Assembly (NCBI GenBank): GCA_963817525.1
Contig: CAWFOU010000007.1
Span: 992,001-1,056,000 of the forward strand
Length of the DNA: 64,000 nt
Direction of reading: 5' to 3'
Origin: an uncultured archaeon
GTDB taxonomy: Archaea; Thermoproteota; Nitrososphaeria; Nitrososphaerales; Gagatemarchaeaceae
Shown: positions 48,700 through 58,752 of the stretch, one piece after another
Layout: every line of letters begins with the position of its first letter
Numbering within the stretch: the first letter of the stretch is position 1
Translations under genes and position numbers: made by a program
Notes under the pieces: model-generated
What the model was told of the DNA's origin: nothing
Databases searched by the model: none
The model's input: the letters and a program-made list of their open reading frames with translations, nothing else

Positions 48700-49302
48700 T
48701 TGGCGATTCAGTTGTCGTCCGCAGACGAGTGGTTCAAGCGGTGGGGGAAGACGATGCCGTTCGGGCCTTGGTCCTACGCCGACGTCGACGAGATGATGAA
48801 GGAGATGGAGAAGGAGTTCATGGAGCTGTCTGACATCGAGAGCCACGTCCCGAAGGAGCTGGTGAGGGAGAAGCGGGCCGAGGACGGGAGCGTGACCAGG
48901 GAGATCGGCCCCATCGTCTACGGCTACTCGATGACGATCGGCCCCGACGGCAAGCCTGTCATCCGCGAGTTCGGGAACGTGAAGCGCAGCCCCAGCAAGG
49001 AGTGGAGGGAGGCCATAAGCGACACGCGCGAGCCGCTGGTCGACGTCGTGGAGGGGGACAAGGAGGTGCGGGTGCTCGCCGAGCTGCCAGGCGCGAAGAA
49101 GGAGGACATCGAGCTGACCACGGAGGGCAGGACCCTGGTGATTTCCGCGGAGACCTCCATGAGGAAGTACCGGAAGGAGCTGGAGCTGCCCTACTCGGCG
49201 GAGCTCAAGGGGTCCAAGTCCAACTTCAACAACGGCATACTCGAGATAACGATACCGAAGCGAAAGGGCAGGTCGTCGGGCGTCAGGATAAAGGTCGACT
49301 GA
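48700..49302 (+). CDS. hsp20: Archaeal small heat shock protein Hsp20
   Basis: GPIVYGYSMTIGPDGKP..REFGN, REPLVDV, AELPG, NNGILEI, IKV tail. Confidence 0.93.
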   Translation: MAIQLSSADEWFKRWGKTMPFGPWSYADVDEMMKEMEKEFMELSDIESHVPKELVREKRAEDGSVTREIGPIVYGYSMTIGPDGKPVIREFGNVKRSPSKEWREAISDTREPLVDVVEGDKEVRVLAELPGAKKEDIELTTEGRTLVISAETSMRKYRKELELPYSAELKGSKSNFNNGILEITIPKRKGRSSGVRIKVD

Positions 49303-49308
49303 GCGCTC

Positions 49309-49761
49309 TCAGCGGTAGGGTCCGCCTTCTTCCTCCTTGAGCCTTGCCAGCGCGTTGAGCGCCGGGTCCTGAAAGTCGTTCCTCTTGGCCAGCCACCTCG
49401 CCAGCTCGAGCGACGTGATGACACCCGCCAGCTCCCCCGACTCGTCGACCACTGGGAGTTTCCGCACGCCGTAGTCGCTCATGATCCCCGCCGCCTCCGT
49501 CACCGTCGCCTTCACTTTCACTGTGATGACCGGCGAGGACATGATGTCCCTGAGGAGGACCTCGCCGGGGTTCGCCCCCACGGCGATGACCTTCTCGATC
49601 ATGTCAGTCGAGGTGACTATCCCGACGACGAGCTCGTCCTTCGCGACCACGAGGCACTGCTCGCTCCTCTTCGCGATAAGGCCCGCCGCGGCGGTGACGG
49701 TCATGTCCGGGTCGACCGCCTCGGGCTTCTTCCGCATCATGGAGTCGACGAGCGCTTCCAC
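49309..49761 (-). CDS. CBS domain pair protein
   Basis: VGIVT..D, IMSSPVITV, KLPVVD..GELAGVIT. Confidence 0.9.
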   Translation of the reverse strand: MEALVDSMMRKKPEAVDPDMTVTAAAGLIAKRSEQCLVVAKDELVVGIVTSTDMIEKVIAVGANPGEVLLRDIMSSPVITVKVKATVTEAAGIMSDYGVRKLPVVDESGELAGVITSLELARWLAKRNDFQDPALNALARLKEEEGGPYR

Positions 49762-49864
49762 AGCCCCTCCCCGGCAAGGGGGAGCATTAAACGCGTTTCA
49801 GCCTTGGGTTCTGGTGGGGTCTTCGGGAGATGGGCGCTTATATCTCGAAATCGCCTTTCAAGGG

Positions 49865-50939
49865 ATGGAGTCGGTCAGGGCGATCCGCTTCAGGTACGAG
49901 GCCTCCGAGGAGCTGTCCTCCCTTTTCGAGGAGTTCCGCCTCATGTGCAACGACGCCATCAGGATAGCCTTGAAGGAAGCCCAAGAGCAGGTTCAGGCTC
50001 ATCGAGCTAGCCTACCCCAGGCTCAAGAGTTACGGCCTCCACACCCACTGCATCCTCTCCGCTTGCGAGGTCGCCTATTCCGCCTGCAAGAACCGGAAGA
50101 GAAAGCCCATACCCCGCATCACGAGGCCGTTCATCAAGCTCGACAGCAAGACATACACCCTGAACCACTTAATCGTCAGGATCCCGACGCGGCCAAGGCA
50201 CTTCATCTATCTGACCCTTCACGCGTCCAACTACCACCTTTCCTTCGTCGACGACCCTGCTCTGAAGCGGGGTTCGATCACCCTCACCGACACAGCGCTC
50301 GCGATAGCTTTCACCAAAAAGACCGCCGAGAACAAGCCCCGCGGGAGGATGGGGATAGACGTGAACGAGAGGAATGTGACATGGGCCGACTCGGCAGGGA
50401 CGGTGCGGAAGGAAGACACGTCTGCGGTCGCCGAGCTCAAGGAGAGATACAAGGCGCTCAGGGCGAAGATCGCCGAACGGACGAGCAAGGACAGGCGTAT
50501 ACAGCGCCGGCTCCTCTCGAAGTATGGAAGGCGCGAGAGAGACAGGACTACCCAGGCCCTCCACCGCGTCACAAAGAGGGTCGTCGGGCACGCGAAGGCG
50601 AACGGCCAGGCGATCGTCATGGAGAACCTCAAGGGGATAAGGAAGCTCTATCGCAGAGGGAACGGACAATGACCGTCCTTCAGGGGAAGGATGAACTCGT
50701 GGACGTTCCGCGAGATCCAGCGGCAGATCGAGTACAAGGCGCGATGGGAGGGCGTCCCCGTCCACCACGTCGACCCCAGAGGCACGTCCCGAAAATGCCC
50801 GAAGTGTGGCTCCTCGCTAATGGAAATCGAAGGGCGCCGGCTGATGTGCCCTTCGTGCAAGCTGGTCGAGGATAGGGACGATATAGCCGCGATGAACCTG
50901 ATGGCCTGCGAGGTTCCGCAGGCTCGGCCTGGCGGGTGA
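49865..50939 (+). pseudogene. tnpB: TnpB (IS200/IS605 family RNA-guided nuclease), disrupted
   Basis: GIDVN, IVMENL, IEYKA, TSRKCPKCG, CPSC, DRDDIAAMN; frameshift near 49975 and TGA at 50670-50672. Confidence 0.88.
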
Positions 50940-51025
50940 AGCTGTGATGGGGAACGAGACGTCGACTCCAATCCTCGGAGCAGATGCCAGGAAGGCGCGT
51001 CTCACGGAGGCGCACCAGAACCCGC
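50905..51025 (+). ncRNA. Putative omega-RNA scaffold overlapping the tnpB 3' end
   Basis: Expected position; CCTGGC...GCCAGG pairing encloses GGTGAAGC..GGGGAAC..AATCCTC. Boundaries approximate. Confidence 0.45.
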
Positions 51026-51029
51026 GGGC

Positions 51030-51890
51030 CTACCTTGGGAACGCCGCGTCAAGCTGCTTCCTCTCCTCCGGGCTCAGCTCCCAGCCGCTGGCGCCGAGGT
51101 TCTCCCGCACGTGCTCCGCCCTCGAGGCCCGGGGGATCGCGAAGACGTTCCTCCCCGAGACGAGCCAGTTCAGCGCGACCTGCGCGGGGGTCTTCGAGTG
51201 CGCGTTGCACACCGCGCCCATCTTCGCCCTCGCGCCCGGACCTGTGAGCTTGCCGTGGCCCAGAGGGTAGTAGGCGATTATCGTTATCTTGTTGCTCTCG
51301 CAGTAGGGCAGGAGGTCCGCCTCTATCTCCCTGTTCGCCAGCGAGTAGTCGACCTGGTTGGAGGCCAGCTGGGACTTTTTGAGCGCGGCGTTGGCGTCGA
51401 TGGTCTGCTTGAGCGAGAAGTTGCTCACGCCGATCGAGAGGAGCTTCCCCTTGTCCTTCATCTCCTCCATCGCGCCCATCGTCTCTGCGATAGGGACCTT
51501 CGTGTTCGGGAAGTGGACCTGGTATAGGTCAACGTACGGGGTCCCGAGCCTCTTGAGGCTCTTCTCGAGGGCCTTCACCAGCGCGTCCCTCCTCAGGTGG
51601 TTGGACCAGACCTTCGTCGCGATGAAAAGGTCCTCCCTCTTCCTCCCGACCATGGCCTTCGCGACGAGCTCCTCGGACCCGTAGATCTCCGCCGTGTCGA
51701 TGAAGTTGATCCCGCCGTCAAGGCCCGCCTTCAGCGCCTCGACCTTGGAGGCCGCCCCCCTCCTCCACCCTAGGGTCTTCGCCGTCGCTATCCACTGGGG
51801 GTCGTAATAGGTCCCCATCCCCACCTCGGTGACCCGCGTCGCGTTCCCCAGGGGCTTGGACGTGATGCCGGTCTGGGGCTGCGAGGCCGT
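51030..51890 (-). CDS. Aldo/keto reductase
   Basis: IDTAEIYG, IATKV, DLYQVH, IGVSNF, NQVDY, AYYPLG; conserved KPLG...VGMGT lies upstream of the ORF-track start, frame open to 51890 (ACG). Confidence 0.9.
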   Translation of the reverse strand, partial: TASQPQTGITSKPLGNATRVTEVGMGTYYDPQWIATAKTLGWRRGAASKVEALKAGLDGGINFIDTAEIYGSEELVAKAMVGRKREDLFIATKVWSNHLRRDALVKALEKSLKRLGTPYVDLYQVHFPNTKVPIAETMGAMEEMKDKGKLLSIGVSNFSLKQTIDANAALKKSQLASNQVDYSLANREIEADLLPYCESNKITIIAYYPLGHGKLTGPGARAKMGAVCNAHSKTPAQVALNWLVSGRNVFAIPRASRAEHVRENLGASGWELSPEERKQLDAAFPR

Positions 51891-52337
51891 CTAGACTACC
51901 TTCCTTGACTTGGCCATGGTGATGACCTCCCTGTGGTCCTCCCTGAGTTCAGCGGGCAGGGAGGCCAGGTCGAAATATTCGGCCTTGTCGAAGTCTCCGC
52001 TGAGCTTCCCAACTCCTGAGATGTCTGCATGGAAGAGGAAGCACATGTCCCAGTGCTTGTCCCCATACGACTGGACGTCGAGGAGCCTCAGCGCGGTGGC
52101 AGTGGCGCCGAGCTGCTCCCGGACGATCCTAAGGGCCGCGGCCCCGGGGTCCTCCGCGTAGTTTATGATCGCGCCCGGGATGCACCATTTACCGGCCCAC
52201 CGCTCTGGCTTCACCCTCTTTGCCAGGAGCACCTGCGGTCCCTTCATGACGAATACAAAAGAGGAGATGTGCATGACCTCCTCGGGCTGGGTGCCCTCGG
52301 GCTGGGGGACGAGTCTTGCGGTCTTGGGGGAGCTCAT
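51891..52337 (-). CDS. NUDIX-fold protein with degenerate Nudix box
   Basis: VLLAKR...GKWCIPGAIINYAEDPGAAALRIVREQLG. Confidence 0.8.
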   Translation of the reverse strand: MSSPKTARLVPQPEGTQPEEVMHISSFVFVMKGPQVLLAKRVKPERWAGKWCIPGAIINYAEDPGAAALRIVREQLGATATALRLLDVQSYGDKHWDMCFLFHADISGVGKLSGDFDKAEYFDLASLPAELREDHREVITMAKSRKVV

Positions 52338-52375
52338 GGCCCCGTGTGCCGCCGTGCGCGATATAAGGTTGAGAG

Positions 52376-53047
52376 CTACTTCACGAGCTTCGATACCTGC
52401 TGCGGGGCGTCGGCGGAGGTGAACGGGTCTCCGTGCCCCGGGAGCACCGTCTCGAACCTCAGGCCTGAGATCTTTACCACCGACCTCATCGCCTCCGGCA
52501 TGTCCATGGTGAAGGCCTTGTTCGGGCCCATCAGCCCGTTCTTCCCTGAGACCACCGTGTCGCCGGTGAGCACGGTCTTGGTCTCCTCGTCGACGAGGAC
52601 CAGGCTTCCGGGGGTGTGCCCAGGAGAGTGGACCACTCCTAGCCTCCCCACCTTGTCGCCCTCCTTCAGCTTGACGTCGACGTCGGCGGGGGCGACCCTC
52701 ACGAACAGGCCCATGATCAGGCTCATCACGCCCATCGCACCCTTGGCACGTGGGAACTTGGAGGTCTGCGTGACATACCCCACCTCGGCCTCGTGGGCGG
52801 CGAGCTTCGCCCCGGTGGCGGTCTTCATCTTCTGGGCTCCCCTCGCGTGGTCGATGTGGGCGTGCGTGAGGACTATCGTGGTGACGTCGCCGGGCTTGCG
52901 CCCCATGGCCGTGAGCTCCGCCAGTATCTTCCCCCCTCCGGGCTGGAACCCGCAGTCAACCAGCGTCAGCTTGCCGTCGGGCTGCTCCACGATGTAGCAG
53001 TTCGAGAAGCCCGTCACCCTGCGGATCCCCTTTGCGACTTCAGACAA
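52376..53047 (-). CDS. MBL-fold metallo-hydrolase
   Basis: LVDCG, THAHIDH, PGHTPGS, TGD, PGHG. Confidence 0.92.
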   Translation of the reverse strand: MSEVAKGIRRVTGFSNCYIVEQPDGKLTLVDCGFQPGGGKILAELTAMGRKPGDVTTIVLTHAHIDHARGAQKMKTATGAKLAAHEAEVGYVTQTSKFPRAKGAMGVMSLIMGLFVRVAPADVDVKLKEGDKVGRLGVVHSPGHTPGSLVLVDEETKTVLTGDTVVSGKNGLMGPNKAFTMDMPEAMRSVVKISGLRFETVLPGHGDPFTSADAPQQVSKLVK

Positions 53048-53104
53048 CGGAGCCTTCCGCGCCGGGCCTGGTCTTAACCGTTCTCCACCGTCGGAAGGGG
53101 GTTG

Positions 53105-53179
53105 TGGTGGACCGGAAGGGATTTGAACCCTTGGCCTCTCGCGTGCAAGGCGAGCGTTCTACCGCTGAACTACCGGCCC
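53105..53179 (-). tRNA. tRNA-Ala(TGC), CCA encoded
   Basis: GGGCCGG...CTCGC-CT-TGC-AC-GCGAG...TTCAAAT...CCGGTCC-A-CCA. Confidence 0.96.
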
Positions 53180-53220
53180 ACAAAAGAAGGGACGTGGGGT
53201 CGCTTCTTATGCTCTTCTCA

Positions 53221-53733
53221 TTATTCTGACGAGGGCCTAACATGGCTCCGCTGGGCGAGCTCTTTGCCATCCTTACGCGTGTAGGGAGGGGCGCCGGGCC
53301 TCACTTTGCCAGTTCTCTCTCCCATGCGGACGAACTCGTTGATCTCCTCTACGAACTCTTCTGCGGTTATTTCGTTCTTTAGGTAGCGAAGAACGGCTAA
53401 TAGCTCTCCTCGCTTTTTCACGGTGTAGTTCACCATTTCTTCAGCCATTCGAATTACAGATGGACTTTGCGAAATGACCAGGTGCCAAGTATTGAAGCTC
53501 TCTTTCTTCCTCACCGCTCCACACATGATGCCTCTTTGAATCAGAAATTTCCGAATCATTTCAAGGTGCGGCTTCCAATTCTCATCGAAGGCGATTCTGA
53601 TTTCGATTGTGAATACATGTACGTTCACTTCGACCGTGCCGTCTCCGTCGAAGTATCCTGCGAGTTCCCTCCACCCCTTGTATGCGCGGTCAGCATTCCC
53701 GTGAATCGATGATTCCTTATTGGCTTCCGTACT
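53221..53733 (-). CDS. Free-standing single-motif LAGLIDADG endonuclease-like gene (start unresolved, possibly frameshifted)
   Basis: In-frame extension above the ORF-track start reads WRELAGYFDGDGTV; later YTVKKR..L motif. Confidence 0.72.
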   Translation of the reverse strand, partial: STEANKESSIHGNADRAYKGWRELAGYFDGDGTVEVNVHVFTIEIRIAFDENWKPHLEMIRKFLIQRGIMCGAVRKKESFNTWHLVISQSPSVIRMAEEMVNYTVKKRGELLAVLRYLKNEITAEEFVEEINEFVRMGERTGKVRPGAPPYTRKDGKELAQRSHVRPSSE

Positions 53734-53842
53734 CTAACAGTTCGTCGCCCCTAATAACCGCCTCCGTGAAGTCCATGTCGAAAATCGGCATCCTTCGTAC
53801 TCCTTACATTTATAGAAGCATGAATATTTCGGGTGGCCTTGC

Positions 53843-53917
53843 GGGCCGGTAGCTCAGCTTGGCTAGAGCACTCGACTGATAATCGAGAGGTCGAGGGTTC
53901 GAATCCCTTCCGGCCCA
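53843..53917 (+). tRNA. tRNA-Ile(GAT)
   Basis: GGGCCGG...CTCGA-CT-GAT-AA-TCGAG...TTCGAAT...CCGGCCC-A. Confidence 0.96.
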
Positions 53918-53987
53918 TCATATTATCCAGATGGAACCTCCCCCTGTTAAAGCCGAATTCTGACTTTTCGGGAGGTGACAACGACAA

Positions 53988-54308
53988 TTGAGGAGGCTCA
54001 GCCTGGTTCAATCGCCCTACTACCACTACCTTCAGGAGGATGACAACTTCCGGAGGTGGGTCGAGTCTCTCGAAAGGGGGTCGATCACCACAGCGGCAGT
54101 CTACTTCCGAAGGATCGGGTTCCTCTCCTCGAAGCTCAAGGTCGAGCCGAGACAGATTGCGGCAATGAACACTAGGGAGGCAAGAGACTTCATCCACGAC
54201 ACAATCTCCTATCTCGAGACATCGGGCAACGTCGGCTCTTCGATAGAGAGCTACATCAAGGCGGTCAAGAGCTGGATGACTTGGAACGACTCGAGGACTT
54301 CGCAATGA
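53988..54308 (+). pseudogene. N-terminal fragment of a tyrosine integrase homologous to 7620..9041
   Basis: SPYYHYLQEDDNFRRWVESLERGSITTAAVYFR vs SPYFHYLGEDENFRRWVEALERGSITTASVYFR; similarity ends at KSWMTWND. Confidence 0.88.
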
Positions 54309-55381
54309 ACTCGACTCAGTACGCCTTGGCTGTCGCTGGTCTAAATTCAAGTTTTCAGGGATTCAATAACGATTGGACGCTTAGTGAGGCTACCTGCACA
54401 ATTTCGTGGCATGATGCCACCGCCAGCTTTCTCGTCACGAATGCGCACGACGTCAAATACATCCTAACCGTGGCAGAGAATCCTTTGGAAGGCATCATCT
54501 ACAATGTGGCCTTGGACGGAGTCTTCGTTGCCAGTATCGCGCAGACCAACTCTGAGACATATTCGGGATACGCAGTTGCTGACAGCTCTACTCCCACTTC
54601 AAATCCGGTTGACTACGCAAGTTCCACTTGGTACGCACCTTCGGTCGAAGTTCCCTCGGATCCATCGCCTTATTCGAGTCCCAGCTGCAAGTGGACTGGT
54701 AGCGATAGTAGCACAGAGTGCATTGTAGAATTTTGGACAGGACTACAGAATAGTACTTACGATGGACCCAATCATATCCCCGCTCATACTGGCGAAGTTG
54801 TTCAGACCGGAACATTCGGCAATGAAACATGTGGGTACCAGGTTGGTGGGGCCTATGGCTGCACTAGTGTGTACAAAGACTGGAGCGAGTACGTAAGAGG
54901 ATATTCAAACGGAAACGCAAGCCCCGATGGGCCGTACTACTGTTACCCATCTCCGGGAGAAGGAGATGAAGTCGTAGGCCAGGTCGGCTCCAAGTTGTAT
55001 TTTAACGACACCTCAAGCAACTACACCTACACAATACTAACTGACTACGGTTCTCCTAATACCACGATCTGCTCGCACTTCTATAACAATGGAGAAGTGC
55101 ATACCGAGTATTACGCCGACTACTTCGCCGAGACACCGCAATATGGTTCTTCCTTCTTCACTCTGCCAGAGTTCACCAGCCCGACTACATTCTACGATTG
55201 CGGCATGGCTACAGGCCAGACCGAATTTGGAGCCTACCCCAACTATAGCAATGGCTATGGATTCGGATCTTACATATACAACAGCGATACAACAAACACA
55301 GATACAGGTACGATGTATGAAAATAGCGGAAGTACATACGGGTATTTCGGTGTCACTTGGGTCAACAGTTACGGCACCTGA
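54281..55381 (+). CDS. G1 (eqolisin-like) glutamic peptidase homolog, N-terminus apparently lost
   Basis: YSGY, FWTGL, VVQTGT (Q), WSEY, YFAETP (E); pro-region homologous to 57458..58687 but no signal peptide. Confidence 0.7.
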   Translation: MERLEDFAMNSTQYALAVAGLNSSFQGFNNDWTLSEATCTISWHDATASFLVTNAHDVKYILTVAENPLEGIIYNVALDGVFVASIAQTNSETYSGYAVADSSTPTSNPVDYASSTWYAPSVEVPSDPSPYSSPSCKWTGSDSSTECIVEFWTGLQNSTYDGPNHIPAHTGEVVQTGTFGNETCGYQVGGAYGCTSVYKDWSEYVRGYSNGNASPDGPYYCYPSPGEGDEVVGQVGSKLYFNDTSSNYTYTILTDYGSPNTTICSHFYNNGEVHTEYYADYFAETPQYGSSFFTLPEFTSPTTFYDCGMATGQTEFGAYPNYSNGYGFGSYIYNSDTTNTDTGTMYENSGSTYGYFGVTWVNSYGT

Positions 55382-55476
55382 TGTCATCGTTTAGCGAGGG
55401 TCGCCACCGGCTTCGAAACGAGAACAATTATCCCAAAGGATGATATTATACTCTCCCCTAGCAACTCAACCTCGGT

Positions 55477-55995
55477 GTGAACATGGATGACAGCGGAGGT
55501 CGGACCCGTGTCCTAATCACTATGGGTGCGGGCCTTGTCATTGTGGTGCTCTTGCTTGTTCAGGGAATCGGTGGAACAGGTGCCTACGGCCAGAGAACGT
55601 CCATCGCAGCTAGTCCAACGAACGCGACGAGCAGCAACGTGACACCGAACCCAGAACGCATGTACAACGTGACTTTCTATGATGCTTCACATCCCCCGGG
55701 GTGCTACTACGCGCAGTGGGCTGTTGAAATGGCTAACCTGAACAAGACAGAATCAACAATGTCTCCGTCTGGCGCCTCACGGGACGAAGGGGGAAGTTCA
55801 GCAAATGCCTCCGTTCCAGAGAGCGTAACGTTCTCCGTACCGAGCGGCGTCTACAACTTCACCCTATACCCAACTGCCTGGATACGATACGTTAGCGTCC
55901 CCGGCTCTGATTTTGCTGCGGGCCCTACAGGAGGAGTAACGGTAACGAATTCCGACGTGACAATTGACGTGCTCACGGGCGGCATTTGCGGATAG
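55477..55995 (+). CDS. Membrane-anchored extracellular beta-sandwich protein
   Basis: TM, linker, YNVTF...WAV...SVTFSVPSGVYNFTL. Confidence 0.7.
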   Translation: MNMDDSGGRTRVLITMGAGLVIVVLLLVQGIGGTGAYGQRTSIAASPTNATSSNVTPNPERMYNVTFYDASHPPGCYYAQWAVEMANLNKTESTMSPSGASRDEGGSSANASVPESVTFSVPSGVYNFTLYPTAWIRYVSVPGSDFAAGPTGGVTVTNSDVTIDVLTGGICG

Positions 55996-56034
55996 TCAAT
56001 AGTCGGCCTAGGTGGGGGCTGCGCTAAACGTTGG

Positions 56035-56832
56035 TGCGGACCCCTGCTCTTTAGAGACACTCCGTAACAGCATAATATCGGGGCAGGAGGTGAGCCCCTA
56101 GCATGCCCGGGAGGAGCCGCTGGACCAGCGAGGAGAAGATACTCATCGTGATGGAGTCGCTGAACACCAACATCTCGCTGGCGGAGCTGTGCCGCAAGTA
56201 CAACCTGAACCCGGGCGTCTTCCGCTACTGGAAGGAGAGGTTCGTCCACTCGGGCAAGCTCGGCCTCTCCGGCTCGTCGGCCAAGGACCCGGTCAGGGAC
56301 AAGGAGGCGGAGATCAACCGGCTCAAGAAGCTCATCGGGAGCTCACCATCGCCAACGAGGCGATGAAGGAGGTCCTGAGGGGGGAGGGGAAAAAATGAGC
56401 GTGACGATCATGATGCGCAAGGGGTTGAGCCTGAGGAAGAGCCTCTCCATCGTAGGAGCCTCTCGAGGCTCGTACTACTACAAGGCCAGACGTGCGCGGA
56501 GCGACAGGGGCAGGCTACGCGACCCGTCGATGCTCACGCCGATCAAGGAGCTCGCGATGAGGAAGCCGGTGTATGGCTCGAGGATGCTAGCGGCCAGGCT
56601 CTCGAAGGAGCTGGGCAGGCCGGTGAACAGGAAGCTGGTCCAGCACGCGTTCCGGATGATGGGCTGGACGATCCCGCAGATGACAAAGAAGCAGCTCATC
56701 GGAGCGGCCCACAAGAAGCCGAAGCCCACCGCGATAGACCAGGACTGGGAGGCAGACTTCACCTACGTCTGGTGCGGCGTCGACAGGTGGTGCTACCTGT
56801 TCAACGTGCTGGACATCTTCTCGAGGGAGTGT
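56035..56832 (+). mobile_element. IS3-family remnant (orfA frameshifted, orfB truncated)
   Basis: TG-starting end; orfA RWTSEEKILIV..SLAELCRKY; GGGGAAAAAATGA junction; orfB YGSR, VNRK.V, W.ADFTY, LDIFSRE; rest of the DDE domain absent. Confidence 0.85.
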
Positions 56833-56835
56833 CGG

Positions 56836-57303
56836 ATGGAAAGAGAAGCGAAGCGTCGGCACGTCACGCTGAATTCTCTCATCAACGCGATTCTCGCAAA
56901 ATACGACTCATTCGACAAGATTTTGGAAGGGACGAAAGCAATCCCGTTGAGCGGGGCGTTCGTCGCAGAACTCCTGGAGATCGCCTCGATAGAGCAGATG
57001 GAGAACATCGCAAAGAAGCTGGGCGCGAAGGTAGTGAGACAGAGCTTCGCCTCTCAAGGCATAGAATTCAACCTTGACAATCTGATAGAGTCCTACTTCG
57101 AGCCTCTTTCAGAGTATTCGGGCTGGTACCAGTTCGATTGGCGCCTTGCAGGCACGAGTCGCAAGCTGATCTTCACGCACTCGCACGGCGCGAAGTGGAC
57201 GGCGTTCTTGAGACGGTACTATGCCGCCATAATACGCTCGGCCACGGGAGTCGAGCCTGACGTCACATTTGAGGACGGGGTACTCACTTTCACGTGCAGA
57301 TAG
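56836..57303 (+). pseudogene. 5'-truncated RHH regulator (paralog of 2124..2672) fused in frame to IS orfB
   Basis: EREAKRRHVTLNSLINAIL...SGWY...HSHGAKWTAFL. Confidence 0.72.
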
Positions 57304-57457
57304 GGGAAATCCAAACACTCCGGACCCGATTGCGACGGCGAGAGTGGCGACGTACTTGCGTTCTAGATAAAGAGGACGCTACAAAATATCCAAAATACTA
57401 TCTTGTATCGTCTTGTGGCACACCAGGATAAATACATGAGTTCTCCATGATTAATTC

Positions 57458-58687
57458 ATGCGCATTCGAGGATCGGAAGGTCTGGCACAAAGAAGGATAC
57501 TGCGTGTTCTCGAAGTTTCACTGCTTTTATTTGTGCTTGTTATTGCGTCACCACTGCTAGTGGTGACAAATGCTCAACCTGCTCCGCAGAGCGGGAGCCA
57601 AGCCTGCGCGAATCAAATTGCATCACAGGAACATACAATGCTCGCGGGGGTAAATTCGACAGAAGCTGAGGAAGTAGCGGAACAGTCGCCGCAGTTTCAT
57701 TCAAGCATAGCAGGGCAGAGTTATCAATTCAGGACTGTTTCAGCAGATTTTTCTCTCAACGCTGCTACATGTAGCGTTGCGAAGATTGGTGAACTATCGG
57801 TAGATTTCAGTCTGCCTGGAGTAACCATCAAGAATGGGAACTACACCGTTCCAGAAGGAGTACAGGTGTGGGAAAATCCTACAATGAGTCAGGTTCTGGG
57901 TACTAACGTATCCGATACCATAGCAGGAATTAGCACTTGGTCAGGTTACGAGGTGTACTATCCGGTCAGTGGGGTTAAGCAGGCTCTGCTGGACAGCCAA
58001 GTTTACTACTATCAGCCATCGATTAGTTCCAACTCTCTTTGTACTTATACACCCTACACGTGCAGCTTGCTAATTTGGAGTGGCTTGTCTAACGGTGCGG
58101 GCGGCAGCGGAGGCCTTCTCCAATCAGGAACTGCTGCCAACATAGATTGTCCAAGCGGTACATGCGGCTCAGCAACATATGTCGCGTTTTGGGAATTTCT
58201 CCTTCCTGGCCCCACCCAGCCTTACCCCTATTATCCCTGTTCCACGAGCTCCTACAAGGTCAGCACGGGCGACGAAATCACCCCTGTGGAAGAGAATGGG
58301 TTATACTGGAGCGGCGGGACTGGCAGTCAGTGGGAATCCTATATAATTGACTGGACAGCCAATGGGGGAAGCGGCTGGTCATGCGCAAGCGGTGTTCTGA
58401 CCTACGCTTCAACGGCGTACTATTCACAGACAATGCTCGAGGATCCAACCGTTGGTTCTACAGCAAACACTCTCGCAGTATTCTACAACGTTGGGGCTAT
58501 CGATTCCGAAATCTGCATATCGACTTCCAGCTGCTACTTCGACGGTACACCGTATGGTAACGGTGACTACAATCCGTACCCCATGGTAAACAATTGCAGC
58601 AATGTTCCTACTACGGACATAACCCTTGGTACCATGAACAGTGTTGGTGACTTTACATCCACATACGTGACCAATTGCGGGACCTAG
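57458..58687 (+). CDS. Secreted G1 (eqolisin-like) glutamic peptidase homolog
   Basis: Signal peptide, pro-region, TWSGY, IWSGL, LLQSGT, AFWE, VSTGDEI, MLEDP. Confidence 0.78.
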   Translation: MRIRGSEGLAQRRILRVLEVSLLLFVLVIASPLLVVTNAQPAPQSGSQACANQIASQEHTMLAGVNSTEAEEVAEQSPQFHSSIAGQSYQFRTVSADFSLNAATCSVAKIGELSVDFSLPGVTIKNGNYTVPEGVQVWENPTMSQVLGTNVSDTIAGISTWSGYEVYYPVSGVKQALLDSQVYYYQPSISSNSLCTYTPYTCSLLIWSGLSNGAGGSGGLLQSGTAANIDCPSGTCGSATYVAFWEFLLPGPTQPYPYYPCSTSSYKVSTGDEITPVEENGLYWSGGTGSQWESYIIDWTANGGSGWSCASGVLTYASTAYYSQTMLEDPTVGSTANTLAVFYNVGAIDSEICISTSSCYFDGTPYGNGDYNPYPMVNNCSNVPTTDITLGTMNSVGDFTSTYVTNCGT

Positions 58688-58752
58688 CATCATAGAGCAT
58701 CGGGCAAAACTTTTTTTATCCGGAATAGCTCTCATAAATTGAGGGCTTCTCC

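Noticed and set aside
49481-50875. 464-aa ORF
   Set aside because: Composite of CBS antisense, the tnpB N-terminus and out-of-frame tnpB sequence after the frameshift.
56395-57303. Novel transposase-regulator fusion protein
   Set aside because: Both halves are truncated (incomplete DDE, missing RHH strand); best read as a deletion scar.
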